Both the position numbers and the translations under genes were made by a program. A stretch of 64,000 nucleotides of DNA, taken from Spirochaetia bacterium (lineage in GTDB: Bacteria > Spirochaetota > Spirochaetia > SZUA-6 > Bin103). The stretch covers positions 512,001 to 576,000 of the forward strand of contig CBDATQ010000001.1 of assembly GCA_965199955.1 (NCBI GenBank), in the 5' to 3' direction. Within the stretch, counting starts at the first letter, position 1; every line of letters begins with the position of its first letter. The notes beneath the pieces are model-generated. The model was not told where the DNA came from and did not search any database. It was given only the letters and a program-made list of their open reading frames with translations. Shown here piece after piece: positions 1 to 10,584 of the stretch.

Positions 1-2
1 AT

Positions 3-860
3 CCGCTCGGCGGGGTGATCGACTTCGGCACGCACACGCTGAGCGACGGCAGCATCTTCCTGCACGCCTCGGCCGCGGAGCTGGTGCCGGAGGGGCCGAC
101 CACGCCCGGCCACACCGCGTGGACCTCACGGCCCGGCATTCCGTTCTGGATCCGCTCGCGGGACGACGGCCGCACCTGGAGCGAGCCGGTGCGCTTCCCG
201 CAGCTGCCGGAAGGGATCTGGGGTCATCCCGCCGAACACTCCGGGGTGTCGCGCAGCCAGCTCGTCGAGCTTCCCGGCGGCCGCATCCTGCTGCCCAGCA
301 AGGCCACCGAGCAGCCCGACGGCGGCCAGCCGTTCTTCGGCATGCTGCGCACCTCGCTCGACAACGGGGAGACCTGGGAGTACGGCGGGCGCATCGCCGT
401 GGATGAGGTCGCGCACTTCAGCGAACCGGCCATCCACCGCACGCCGGGGGGCCGCCTCCTGGTCCTGCTGCGCTGCCATCCGCGCCAGCCCCACGATACC
501 CAGTGCCGGCTGGCGCTGGTGACCTCCGACGACGACGGCGCCACCTGGTCGCCGTGGCGCTTCACCTCCATGATGGGCTGTCCCGGGCACCTGCTGGGGC
601 TGCGCGACGGATGCATCCTGGCCACCGTCGGTACCCGCTGGGAAGGCCAGCGCGGGTGCCTGGCGCGGGTGCTGGAGCCCGAGGGCGGCGACCTGGACGA
701 AGCCCCGGACATTCATGTGCGCAGCGACTCGGCCGACAGCGACTGCGGCTATCCGTGGGCGCTCGAGCTCCGCGACGGCCGCGTGCTGGTGGTCTACTAC
801 TACACGTACGCCAACGGCGTCCGCGGCATCGAGGGCTCGATCCTGGCGGAGTCCGGGTAG
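3..860 (+). CDS. BNR/Asp-box sialidase-like beta-propeller, class A (5'-truncated by window edge)
   Basis: Asp-boxes SRDDGRTW, SLDNGETW, SDDDGATW; FSEP and DCGYP motifs; frame open to window start (PLGGVID matches DPLGGVMD of paralogue at 30518-31648). Confidence 0.85.
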   Translation, partial: PLGGVIDFGTHTLSDGSIFLHASAAELVPEGPTTPGHTAWTSRPGIPFWIRSRDDGRTWSEPVRFPQLPEGIWGHPAEHSGVSRSQLVELPGGRILLPSKATEQPDGGQPFFGMLRTSLDNGETWEYGGRIAVDEVAHFSEPAIHRTPGGRLLVLLRCHPRQPHDTQCRLALVTSDDDGATWSPWRFTSMMGCPGHLLGLRDGCILATVGTRWEGQRGCLARVLEPEGGDLDEAPDIHVRSDSADSDCGYPWALELRDGRVLVVYYYTYANGVRGIEGSILAESG

Positions 861-887
861 CGCCCGGGCCAACGGGAATGCACCCCG

Positions 888-1445
888 GTGCAGCCACGTC
901 TCCGCCTGCGGCAGCGCGGCCCGATGCTCGACCTGGAGTTGGCATCGGGCTACCGGTGGTTTCTCGGCGTGACCGGCACGGCGCTGTTCGCCGTCACCGC
1001 GCTGACGACCCCCGTCGGCGTTGCCGTCCTCGGCGTCCGCAACGCGGTGCCGCTGGGCATGGCCGCCGTCATGCTGCTGGGCGCGCTCTATCACGAGCGC
1101 TGGCGCTGGAACGTGGAGCGGGGACGGGTGGAGCATCGCGTCGGCGTGGGGCCGGGGTTCCACTCCAGGTACTGGCCGCTGTCCGGGGTGCGGTCGTTGC
1201 GGCTGGGCGGCGTGCTGATCACGCTGCCCGCCGAAGCGGGGCGGAAGCCGCTGCCGGTGCGGCTCATGCGGTTCGACCTCCGCCGCAGCGCCGTGCACCT
1301 GTCGCTGCTGGAAGTCGGAGGGCGGGTACGGCGCATCGACCTGGTCAAGGGGCCGGACGGCCACCGGCTGGTGGAGGCGGCGCAGGCCATCGCGGACGCC
1401 TGCGGCCTGCCGCTGCACGACGAGATCCGCCGCCAGGACCGCTGA
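888..1445 (+). CDS. hypothetical membrane protein (2 TM + soluble C-terminal domain)
   Basis: ATG start; two hydrophobic segments near N-terminus; tightly packed between neighbours. Confidence 0.6.
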   Translation: MQPRLRLRQRGPMLDLELASGYRWFLGVTGTALFAVTALTTPVGVAVLGVRNAVPLGMAAVMLLGALYHERWRWNVERGRVEHRVGVGPGFHSRYWPLSGVRSLRLGGVLITLPAEAGRKPLPVRLMRFDLRRSAVHLSLLEVGGRVRRIDLVKGPDGHRLVEAAQAIADACGLPLHDEIRRQDR

Positions 1446-1448
1446 GCG

Positions 1449-1937
1449 ATGCGTGAGGGGGACGCGCGGCGCGGGCTGCGGGCGCCGCTGTGGGCCGAGG
1501 CGGCGGGGCTCGCGCTGTCGCTGGTGCTCGGCGGGCTCGGACTGCTGGCGGCCATGACCTGGCGCGGGGCGCTGTTCGCGTGGCTGGAGAAGCTGTCGGT
1601 CTATCCCTTCGCGGTGCCGGTGATCGACAAGGCGTTCATGATCGTCGCCGGCCTGGCGGTGCTGATCGCGATGCTGGTGGCGCAGCACCGGTTCACCGAT
1701 GCCATCACCGAACGGCGGCTAGTCCGCCGGGTGCTGGGTGCGGCCGGCGTGACGCTGCTGGCCTTCGGCGCGGCGCACCTGGCGTTCGCGGCGGCGCTGG
1801 GACCCGCCGCCTGGAGCGGGCCGCGGTTGGCGCTGGCGCTGGCCGAACTGGCTGCGGGGATCGTTCTCCTGCTGGTTCTCGCGCGCCGAGCGGGGGATCA
1901 GCGGCCGGAGTCGGGCTCGAACAGCACCTGGTCGTAG
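1449..1937 (+). CDS. hypothetical membrane protein (about 4 TM)
   Basis: four hydrophobic stretches; starts 3 nt after previous stop. Confidence 0.6.
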   Translation: MREGDARRGLRAPLWAEAAGLALSLVLGGLGLLAAMTWRGALFAWLEKLSVYPFAVPVIDKAFMIVAGLAVLIAMLVAQHRFTDAITERRLVRRVLGAAGVTLLAFGAAHLAFAAALGPAAWSGPRLALALAELAAGIVLLLVLARRAGDQRPESGSNSTWS

Positions 1938-3211
1938 CGGTAGGCGATCGCGCAGGTGCCCCACTCCGGGTGCTCCAGGTCGAGCAGCGAGTAGTCGACC
2001 GTGACGATGGTTCCGTCGTCGAAGCAGACCGTGCTGGGGTAGCCGCAGTCGTGGCACCAGGCGCTGTCGGAGAGGACGTACTCGTGGGCCACGTCGAAGC
2101 CGGCGCCGCCGTCACGGCTGACCACGGCACGGATTCCGAACGGGTAGGCGCGGTACCCGTAGGTGATCAGCACGCTGCCGTTGGGGAGCCCACTGCCACC
2201 GGGCAGCCGGCAGACGCTGCCCGGGGCCGGCTTCTGAAGACGGGTGTTCACGGCGCGCACGTCTCCGGCGCCGACGCTGTCGTCCCGCTCACTCTCCGCG
2301 CTGCGCTCGACGGCATCGGCCGTGTCCTGCCAGCGGGTCCAGGTGACGCCGCCGTCGCAGGACTGGGCGATGCGGTTGGGGCGGTCGTTGTGGCGCACCA
2401 TCCCGACCCAGTGGCGCTCGTCCAACGGCAGGAAACCGGTCTCCGAGGAGCCGTCGCCCAGGGAGCCGCGCTGCCGCCAGGTCGTGCCGCCGTCGGCGGA
2501 GCGGAACAGGAAGCTGATGCGTTGCGCGGCCTGCGGGTTGCGGCGGTAGACATCGGCCGTGTAGGAGCCGCGGGCGTTGAACACCAGGTCGCCCGAGGCC
2601 AGCCGGCGCATCTGTCCGTGCGGCTGCAGCAGGGTGCCGGCCGGCGGCGCGATGCGTGACGGCGGCGACCAGGTGAGGCCGCCGTCGCTCGAGCGGACGA
2701 CCTCCATCCAGGGTTGCACCGTCTGGTCGTGGCTGGCCGAACCGGTGCGCCGGCCGGCGGCGTCGTAGCCGAGAACGGCGCCGTAGGACATCACCAGGTC
2801 GCCCGTGGCGCTCTGTGCCAGCGCCGGGTTGCGGCGGTCGATGCAGCGCTCCGGATCGCTCCGTACCGCCACGCGGTACGGCGACCAGGTGGCGCCTCGG
2901 TCGGCGGAGTAGGTGATGCTGATTTCGGAGCCGCTGCCCGCGTGCGGCGCGCCGGTGCGCAGGGCGCAGCACAGCCGGCCGTCGTCGAGCAGCAGCAGCA
3001 CCGGGAAGAACCCTCCGCCGCGGGAGAACGGCGGCGGCCAGCGCGTAACGCTGCCGTAGTCGTTGCGGCGCGGGTCGGTGCGGCACTCGGGGAAAGTGCG
3101 GAAGTAGGGCTCGGGACCCAGCTCCTCGCGCACGCAGGGCCAGCGAGAGCCGGTGGCCACGACCGGGAAGCGCTCGACCGCCGCGGTCAGCGAGACGGTC
3201 TGCGCCGGCAT
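1898..3211 (-). CDS. BNR/Asp-box sialidase-like beta-propeller, class B
   Basis: Asp-boxes SADRGATW, SSDGGLTW, SADGGTTW, SCDGGVTW; SETG and DCGYPS; paralogue of 28968-30257. Confidence 0.85.
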   Translation of the reverse strand: MPAQTVSLTAAVERFPVVATGSRWPCVREELGPEPYFRTFPECRTDPRRNDYGSVTRWPPPFSRGGGFFPVLLLLDDGRLCCALRTGAPHAGSGSEISITYSADRGATWSPYRVAVRSDPERCIDRRNPALAQSATGDLVMSYGAVLGYDAAGRRTGSASHDQTVQPWMEVVRSSDGGLTWSPPSRIAPPAGTLLQPHGQMRRLASGDLVFNARGSYTADVYRRNPQAAQRISFLFRSADGGTTWRQRGSLGDGSSETGFLPLDERHWVGMVRHNDRPNRIAQSCDGGVTWTRWQDTADAVERSAESERDDSVGAGDVRAVNTRLQKPAPGSVCRLPGGSGLPNGSVLITYGYRAYPFGIRAVVSRDGGAGFDVAHEYVLSDSAWCHDCGYPSTVCFDDGTIVTVDYSLLDLEHPEWGTCAIAYRYDQVLFEPDSGR

Positions 3212-3223
3212 GACGCGTTGCGC

Positions 3224-4297
3224 TCAGCGTTCGAAGCGCGGCTGGCGCGGGGCGAAGTTCCGCTCCAGGTGCAGGTCGCTGCCGGCAAGCGGCAGCGCCA
3301 CGCGGGCGCCGCCGCGGCGGTGCGACTCGATGCAGGCGAAGATCAGCTCCGTGTTGGCGCGGGCGACGCGCACGCCGCCGCGCGGCGGCTGTCCCGTGTC
3401 CAGCGCGTGCGCGAGGTCGGCGATCAGGTTGACGGTCGAGCTGTCGCGGGTGAAGGGCGGGAAGGTGCCGGGGCGCAGCACGGGGTTCCCGCGGTGGTTC
3501 ACGCCCCCGGGCTCGCGCAGCAGGAACTCGCCGTCCAGACCCAGGGAGCCGATCACCGCCTGCTCGCACACCACCTCGACCTCGAACGGCCGGCCGGAGT
3601 CGGCCGCGAACGCCGTCACATCGTTGGCGAACTGCAGGCGCCCGCCGCCGTTCGGATCGCTGTCCAGCAGGCCGCCGTCCAGGTCGTCGCCTCCCTTGGT
3701 CAGGTGGAACTGCACCCATTCCACCGGCTGGTCGTCGTTCAGCCACTGGAACAGGTCGAAGACGTGGCTGCCCATGTTGAACAGGCCGTGCCCCTGGTGG
3801 ATGGTCATCGACAGCAGCCTGCCGTAGCGGCCGCCGTGGATGAGGTCCTTCATGACGGAGTACGGCGCCTCCCAGCGGCGGTTGGTGCCCATGTTGAAGG
3901 CGACCCCGTGGCGCTCGGTCGCCGCCACCATGGCGTCCGCCTGCGCGAGCGAGGCGGCCATCGGCTTCTCCGCGTAGATCGCGCGGGCGCCGTGCTCGGC
4001 GGCGGATATGACGAGCTCGGCGCGCTGCTCCGGCTGCGTGGCGACGCTGACGATGTCGGGCCGTTCGCGCGCAAGCATCTCGCGGTAGTCCCGGTAGCGC
4101 CGTTCCGGCGGCACCCCGTAGCGCTCGCCGGCGCGGTCCATCACGTCGGCGCGCTGGTCGGCCAGCGCCGCCAGCTCGGTGCGCGGACAGGCCACGTAGC
4201 CGGCCGCGTGCGACCAAGCCAGGGGTGAGGCGCTCTCGTTGTCGATGAACGCGCCGATGCGGCCGCAGCCGATCACCGCGGCCCGATAGGTCGTCAC
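3224..4297 (-). CDS. Gfo/Idh/MocA family NAD(P)-dependent oxidoreductase
   Basis: AAVIGCGRIG Rossmann motif, EKPMA; GTG start at 4297 overlaps upstream TGA, AAGGAGG RBS. Confidence 0.9.
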   Translation of the reverse strand: MTTYRAAVIGCGRIGAFIDNESASPLAWSHAAGYVACPRTELAALADQRADVMDRAGERYGVPPERRYRDYREMLARERPDIVSVATQPEQRAELVISAAEHGARAIYAEKPMAASLAQADAMVAATERHGVAFNMGTNRRWEAPYSVMKDLIHGGRYGRLLSMTIHQGHGLFNMGSHVFDLFQWLNDDQPVEWVQFHLTKGGDDLDGGLLDSDPNGGGRLQFANDVTAFAADSGRPFEVEVVCEQAVIGSLGLDGEFLLREPGGVNHRGNPVLRPGTFPPFTRDSSTVNLIADLAHALDTGQPPRGGVRVARANTELIFACIESHRRGGARVALPLAGSDLHLERNFAPRQPRFER

Positions 4298-5314
4298 GGG
4301 GCCTCCTTGCCCTGCCAGATCGGCCGGCCGCGCAACTCGATCTCCTGCCAGCGCAGGCACGCGCTCCAGTGTCCCGGAGCGACCTCCTCGAGCTGCGGCA
4401 CCTCCGTCCGGCAGCGCTCCTCGGCGTGCGGGCACCTGGTGTGGAACGGGCAGCCGGGCGGCGGGTTCGCGGGACTGGGAATCTCGCCCACCAGCACCTG
4501 GCGGCGGCGGGAGACGGCCGGATCGGGAACGGGGTAGTTCCACAGCAGCGCCTCCGTATAGGGGTGCAGCGGCTGCCGGTACAGCTCCATGCCGCCGGCG
4601 ATCTCGACCACGCGCCCCAGGTACATGACCGCGATCCGGTCGCTCATCCAGCCCACGACGCTCAGGCTGTGCGCGATGAACAGGTAGCTGAGGCCGCGGC
4701 TCTGCTGCATCTGCAGCAGCAGGTTGAGGATCTGCGCCTGCACCGACACGTCGAGCGCCGATACCGGTTCGTCGCAGATGATCAGCTCCGGCCCCAGGGC
4801 CAGCGCCCGCGCCAGGCCGATGCGCTGCCGCTGTCCGCCGGACAGCTCGTGCGGGTAGACGTTCATGTGGGCGCGTTGCAGCCCCACCGACTCCAGCAGC
4901 GCCCCCACCCGCTCCTTCAACGCCGCCCCGCCCGCCTGGCGGTGGGCGATGAGCGGCTCGCCGACGATCTCCAGCACCGGCATGCGCGGGTTGAGGGAGC
5001 TGTACGGGTCCTGGAAGATCATCTGCATGTGGCGCCGGGCGATCTTCTTGCCCTTGGTGTCCAGGGTCGTGATGTCCACGACCTGACCGCCGCCGGCGAA
5101 TTGCACGCTGCCGGCGGTGGCGTCGATCAGGCCCGCGACGACGCGTGCGATGGTGGTCTTGCCGGAGCCGCTCTCGCCGACGACGCCCAGGGTCTCACCG
5201 CGCCCCAGCTCCAGGTCGACGCCGTCCACGGCCTTGATCCAGCCCACGGTGTGGCGCAGGATCCCGCGCTGGATCGGAAAGTGCTTCTTGACGCCCTGGA
5301 TCCGCACCAGCGCG

Positions 5315-5334
<20 letters not shown>
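4294..5334 (-). CDS. oligopeptide/dipeptide-type ABC transporter ATP-binding subunit (OppF-like)
   Basis: GESGSGKT, LSGGQRQR, DEPVSALD, C-terminal CPFHTRC; start may be ATG at 5322. Confidence 0.93.
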
Positions 5335-6388
<1,054 letters not shown>

Positions 6389-6504
6389 CGGTCTACATCG
6401 CTCCGGACGCCCCTGCGGGCCCGCGAGCACGAGCTTGACACAACACGCCGTTAAGGTCTCAACTCAAGGGTCAGATCCTACCACAAGCGAGAGGAGAGGT
6501 AACG

Positions 6505-8385
6505 ATGGCACAAAGAATCGTGTTCGCTCCCATCATCGCGGCGTTGCTGCTGCTGGGGGTACCGACCGTGTTCGCGCAATTTCAGGAGTCGCCCCTGCTT
6601 GCGGCGAGGGTGGAGGCCGGCGACCTGCCACCGATCGAAGAGCGCATACCGGCGGACCCGTTCGTCCGGCAGGTTGAGGAGGAGATCGGCGAGTACTCCG
6701 GCACCATGCGCGTCGTCTCGCAGCACCAGTGGGGCTACGGAACCTTCTTCACGCAGGGTGAGATGCCGGGCCTGTTCCAGATCCCGATGTCGCTCGAAGA
6801 GCACGTGGCCATGGGCGGCCCGATCGCCGGGTTCGAGCCCAAGTACGCCGAGTACTACACGTGGCTGGACGACGGCGCCACCATGGAAGTGAAGATCCGC
6901 GAGGGCGCCAGGTGGTCCGACGGCCATCCGCTGACCGCCGTGGACATCATCTGGCCGTTCGAGAACATGTACACCAATCCCGGCTACTCGGCGCGCATGA
7001 CCAACCTGCAGAGCACCTACAAGGGCGAGCGCTTCGAGGTCACCCAGGTGGACGACCTGACGGTCCGCTTCCACTCGCCGGCGGGCCCGTGGGCCGGCCA
7101 GCTCCGGGAGACCTTCGAAGGGTATCCGCAGCCCGCGCACTACCTGGAGCAGCACCACCCGGACTTCGCCGACGGCAAGACCTGGGAGGACTTCCGCGCC
7201 GCCCGCTCCCGAGTCAACAACCTGGCGATACCGTCGCTGCAGGCGTGGCTCCCCGTCGAGACCGATGAGAGCACCGGCACGCTGTGGGAGCGCAATGCCT
7301 ACTACCCGGTGGTGGACGCCGATGGCAAGCAGCTTCCCTATTTCGATTACGTGCGCGTGAGCAGGGTGACGGACGGCGAGGCGCGCTACCTGTCCGTGAT
7401 CCAGGGCGAGGTGGACATCTGCGCCGCCGACTGCGGCGACCTCAACAAGCACGCGGTGCTGAAGGACAACGAGTCGCGCGGCAACTACGACACGCTGATC
7501 TGGAAGGGCTCGCGGCAGACCTCGCAGATTTCCTGGCGCTATCCCACCGGCCAGCAGCTCAAGGGCGCCGCACCCGGCACCCAGGACCCGAACTTCCAGG
7601 CTGCCGGCATGACCAACCAGTTCCGCCAGGCGCTGTCGATCGGCATCGACCGCGAGGAGATCAATGAGAAGCTGTTCGCCGGACTGGCGGTCCCGTCGGT
7701 GACCGGCATCCCGCGTGACCATGCCCTCTACGATCCGATTCAGGACACCTTCCTGGGACCGGACCGGGAGGAGGCGTGGAGGCTGTTCGCCGAGATCGGC
7801 ATCACGGACAGCGACGGCGACGGCATGCTGGAGTACGCGGACGGCTCCGACGTGCACATCTTCGTGCCGGGGGCGACCAACGGCCTGCTCAACGTGGAGA
7901 CCGTCGAGGCGCTCATCGACGAGTGGACGAAGCTGGGCGTCTCCACCACGCTGGTGGCCGCCGACTGGTCCACTATCGCCGGCAAGATGCGGGCCGGTGA
8001 GATCGCGTTGCAGGTCAGTACCGGCGTGCCCGACTACTCCCCGTTCCACTACCTGGGCATCTGGCACAACCGCGTCAGCTACGCCTGGGGAGATCCCATC
8101 GAGCAGCCGGAGAGCTACGACAAGGCGTTCGAGCTGGAGCTGGCGTACGCGTCCGCGACCACGGTCGAGGAGCAGCAGGCGGCGGCCAAGGCGTTCTTCA
8201 ACCACATCGCCACGGAGTCGTTGAGCTGGCCGGCGTTCGTCACCGAGCGGCCGCAGCAGGTGATCCGGCACAAGTGCATGGGCAACGTCCCCGACGTGCG
8301 CGTGTTCCAGAAGTTCATGATGACGGCCAAGACCGACCAGTGGTTCGTCCACTCGGACTGCAGCTACCCGCGCCCCGGCGGCTAG
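6505..8385 (+). CDS. ABC transporter substrate-binding protein, family 5
   Basis: signal peptide, QESPLLAARVEAGDLPPIEERIP, ARWSDGHPLTAVD, FRQALSIGIDR; GAGGAGAGG RBS. Confidence 0.92.
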   Translation: MAQRIVFAPIIAALLLLGVPTVFAQFQESPLLAARVEAGDLPPIEERIPADPFVRQVEEEIGEYSGTMRVVSQHQWGYGTFFTQGEMPGLFQIPMSLEEHVAMGGPIAGFEPKYAEYYTWLDDGATMEVKIREGARWSDGHPLTAVDIIWPFENMYTNPGYSARMTNLQSTYKGERFEVTQVDDLTVRFHSPAGPWAGQLRETFEGYPQPAHYLEQHHPDFADGKTWEDFRAARSRVNNLAIPSLQAWLPVETDESTGTLWERNAYYPVVDADGKQLPYFDYVRVSRVTDGEARYLSVIQGEVDICAADCGDLNKHAVLKDNESRGNYDTLIWKGSRQTSQISWRYPTGQQLKGAAPGTQDPNFQAAGMTNQFRQALSIGIDREEINEKLFAGLAVPSVTGIPRDHALYDPIQDTFLGPDREEAWRLFAEIGITDSDGDGMLEYADGSDVHIFVPGATNGLLNVETVEALIDEWTKLGVSTTLVAADWSTIAGKMRAGEIALQVSTGVPDYSPFHYLGIWHNRVSYAWGDPIEQPESYDKAFELELAYASATTVEEQQAAAKAFFNHIATESLSWPAFVTERPQQVIRHKCMGNVPDVRVFQKFMMTAKTDQWFVHSDCSYPRPGG

Positions 8386-8406
8386 CCGCACGACGTTGCT
8401 GAGCGC

Positions 8407-8440
8407 GAGAGTCGGTGGAACATCGGTTCCACCGACTCTC
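8407..8440 (+). terminator. perfect 15-bp stem-loop downstream of SBP gene
   Basis: GAGAGTCGGTGGAAC-atcg-GTTCCACCGACTCTC. Confidence 0.75.
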
Positions 8441-8463
8441 CTTGTCATGGAGAGTGAAGAGCG

Positions 8464-9462
8464 GTGACCACGTTCGTCGTGCGGCGCCTGCTCGCCATGA
8501 TCCCGACGTTCCTGATCGTCTCCTTCCTGGTGTTCGCGGTCATCCAGTTGCCGCCGAGCAACTGGGTGGAGCGCTTCGTGCTGGAGTTCTACCAGGACCG
8601 GGGCGGCACCTTTGCCACCGAGCAGTACAAGCAGATGGTGGAGGAGCTCACCCTGCGCTATCAGCTCGACAAGCCCTACCTGGTGAAGTACGTCACCTGG
8701 TTCACCAACTTCCTGCGCGGCGACATGGGGGAGTCGTTCGCCTACAACACCGAGGTCAACGAGATCCTGTGGAAGCGCGTGCCGTTCAGCATTGCGGTCG
8801 CGCTGATGTCGCTGCTGTTCGTCTACGCCGTGGGACTGCCGATCGGCATCTACTCGGCATTGCACAAGAACAAGATCTCCGACCACATCGCCACCTTCGC
8901 CGGCTTCATCGGGCTGTCGATCCCGAACTTCTTCCTGGCGCTGATCCTGATGGTGTTCGCGCTGCTCGTGCTCGACTTTCCGGTCGGCGGCCTGTTCTCG
9001 CCCGATCTCCGGAGCGCGCCGTGGAGCTGGGCGAAGCTGGTGGATTTTCTCAAGCACGTGTGGATCGCCGTCGTCGTGATCGGCACCGCGGGCACGGCGA
9101 GCATCATCCGCGTCGTGCGCGGCAACCTGCTGGACGTGATCGGCGAGCCGTACATCACCGCGCTGCGCGCCAAGGGACTGCCGGAGCGCACCGTGACGGT
9201 CAAGCACGCGGTGCGCATCGCCATCAACCCCGTGATCACCGCCCTGGGGCTGTGGCTGCCGACCCTGATATCGGGGGAGACGATCGTCTCCATCGTCATG
9301 AACATCCCGACCGCGGGACCGCTGCTGTACGCGGCGCTGCGCAACGAGGACATCTACCTGTCGGGCAGCATCCTCATGGTGCTGGCCGTGTTTCTGCTGA
9401 TCGGCAACCTGCTGGCCGACATCGCCCTGGCCTGGTTCGATCCGCGCATCCGCTACGAGTGA
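8464..9462 (+). CDS. ABC transporter permease (OppB-like)
   Basis: TM segments, YITALRAKGL..KHAVRIAINP loop, DPRIRY end. Confidence 0.92.
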   Translation: MTTFVVRRLLAMIPTFLIVSFLVFAVIQLPPSNWVERFVLEFYQDRGGTFATEQYKQMVEELTLRYQLDKPYLVKYVTWFTNFLRGDMGESFAYNTEVNEILWKRVPFSIAVALMSLLFVYAVGLPIGIYSALHKNKISDHIATFAGFIGLSIPNFFLALILMVFALLVLDFPVGGLFSPDLRSAPWSWAKLVDFLKHVWIAVVVIGTAGTASIIRVVRGNLLDVIGEPYITALRAKGLPERTVTVKHAVRIAINPVITALGLWLPTLISGETIVSIVMNIPTAGPLLYAALRNEDIYLSGSILMVLAVFLLIGNLLADIALAWFDPRIRYE

Positions 9463-9465
9463 CGA

Positions 9466-10584
9466 ATGGCAACTGAGAGCGCGATCGTCGCGGAGGCCCC
9501 CCAGCACCTCACCGGCCGCACCGTCGGGCAGCTTATCTGGCGCCGGTTCCGCCGCAACCGGCTGGCGCGCACCGCCGGCATCGTGATCGCGGTCCTGCTG
9601 GTGATGGCGCTGCTGGCTCCGTTCCTCAGCACCATGGATCACACCGAGCAGTCCTCCAGGCACCTGTTCGCGCCTCCGCAGCGCATCTACTTCCGCGACC
9701 ACGACACTGGCCGCCTGACGCGCCCGTACGTCTACAACCTGGACAAGACGCGCGACCGCGAAACCCTCAGGATCTTCTACACGGAGGATCGCGAGCAGCG
9801 CTTTCCCATCCTGTTCTTCCAGCGCGGCGAGCCGTACCGGATCCTGTGGATCATCCCGGGCAGCGTGCGCCTGATGAGCGTCGGCGAGGGCGCGCGCTGG
9901 AATTTCTGGGGCACCGACTCGCTGGGCCGCGACCTCTACTCGCGGATCCTGCGCGGCTCGCAGGTCAGCCTGTCGGTGCCGTTCGTCGGCACCTTCCTGA
10001 CCATCCTGATCGGCTCCGTCATGGGCATGATCTCCGGCTATTTCGCGGGGCGCGTGGACCACTACATCCAGCGCTTCATCGAGGTGCTGATCGCGCTGCC
10101 GTCGCTGCCGCTGTGGCTGGCGCTGGCCGCCGCCATGCCGCTGAGCATGCCCTCCGGGTACCGCTATCTGCTCATCATCGTGATCCTGTCGATCATCGAC
10201 TGGGGCGGCCTGGCGCGCGTGGTGCGCGGCAAGGTGCTGCAGTATCGCGGCGAGGACTTCGTGGCCGCCGCGCAGATGTCGGGCGCCGGCCTGGGCCGCA
10301 TCATCTTCCGCCACCTGGTTCCGGGCACGCTGAGCCATCTGATCGTGGTCTCCAGCCTCTCCATCCCCGGGGTGATCCTGGGCGAGAGCGCGCTGAGCTT
10401 CCTGGGCGTGGGCATCACGCCGCCGCTGACGAGCTGGGGGGTGCTGCTGCAGGACGCGCAGAAGATCGAGGTGCTCATCCAGCACCGCTGGCTGGTCCTG
10501 CCGGGCATCTTCATCGTCATCACCGTGCTGGCGTTCAATTTCTTCGGCGACGGCGTGCGCGACGCCGCGGATCCCTACTCCTGA
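9466..10584 (+). CDS. ABC transporter permease (OppC-like)
   Basis: WRRFRRNRLA, GTDSLGRD, ESALSFLG, GDGVRDAADP. Confidence 0.92.
   Translation: MATESAIVAEAPQHLTGRTVGQLIWRRFRRNRLARTAGIVIAVLLVMALLAPFLSTMDHTEQSSRHLFAPPQRIYFRDHDTGRLTRPYVYNLDKTRDRETLRIFYTEDREQRFPILFFQRGEPYRILWIIPGSVRLMSVGEGARWNFWGTDSLGRDLYSRILRGSQVSLSVPFVGTFLTILIGSVMGMISGYFAGRVDHYIQRFIEVLIALPSLPLWLALAAAMPLSMPSGYRYLLIIVILSIIDWGGLARVVRGKVLQYRGEDFVAAAQMSGAGLGRIIFRHLVPGTLSHLIVVSSLSIPGVILGESALSFLGVGITPPLTSWGVLLQDAQKIEVLIQHRWLVLPGIFIVITVLAFNFFGDGVRDAADPYS

Noticed and set aside
6478..10485. 1335-aa minus-strand ORF and other long antisense or alternate-frame ORFs (e.g. 15360-17573, 26514-28937, 58437-60491)
   Set aside because: Shadow ORFs typical of high-GC coding DNA; they overlap well-supported genes and lack motifs
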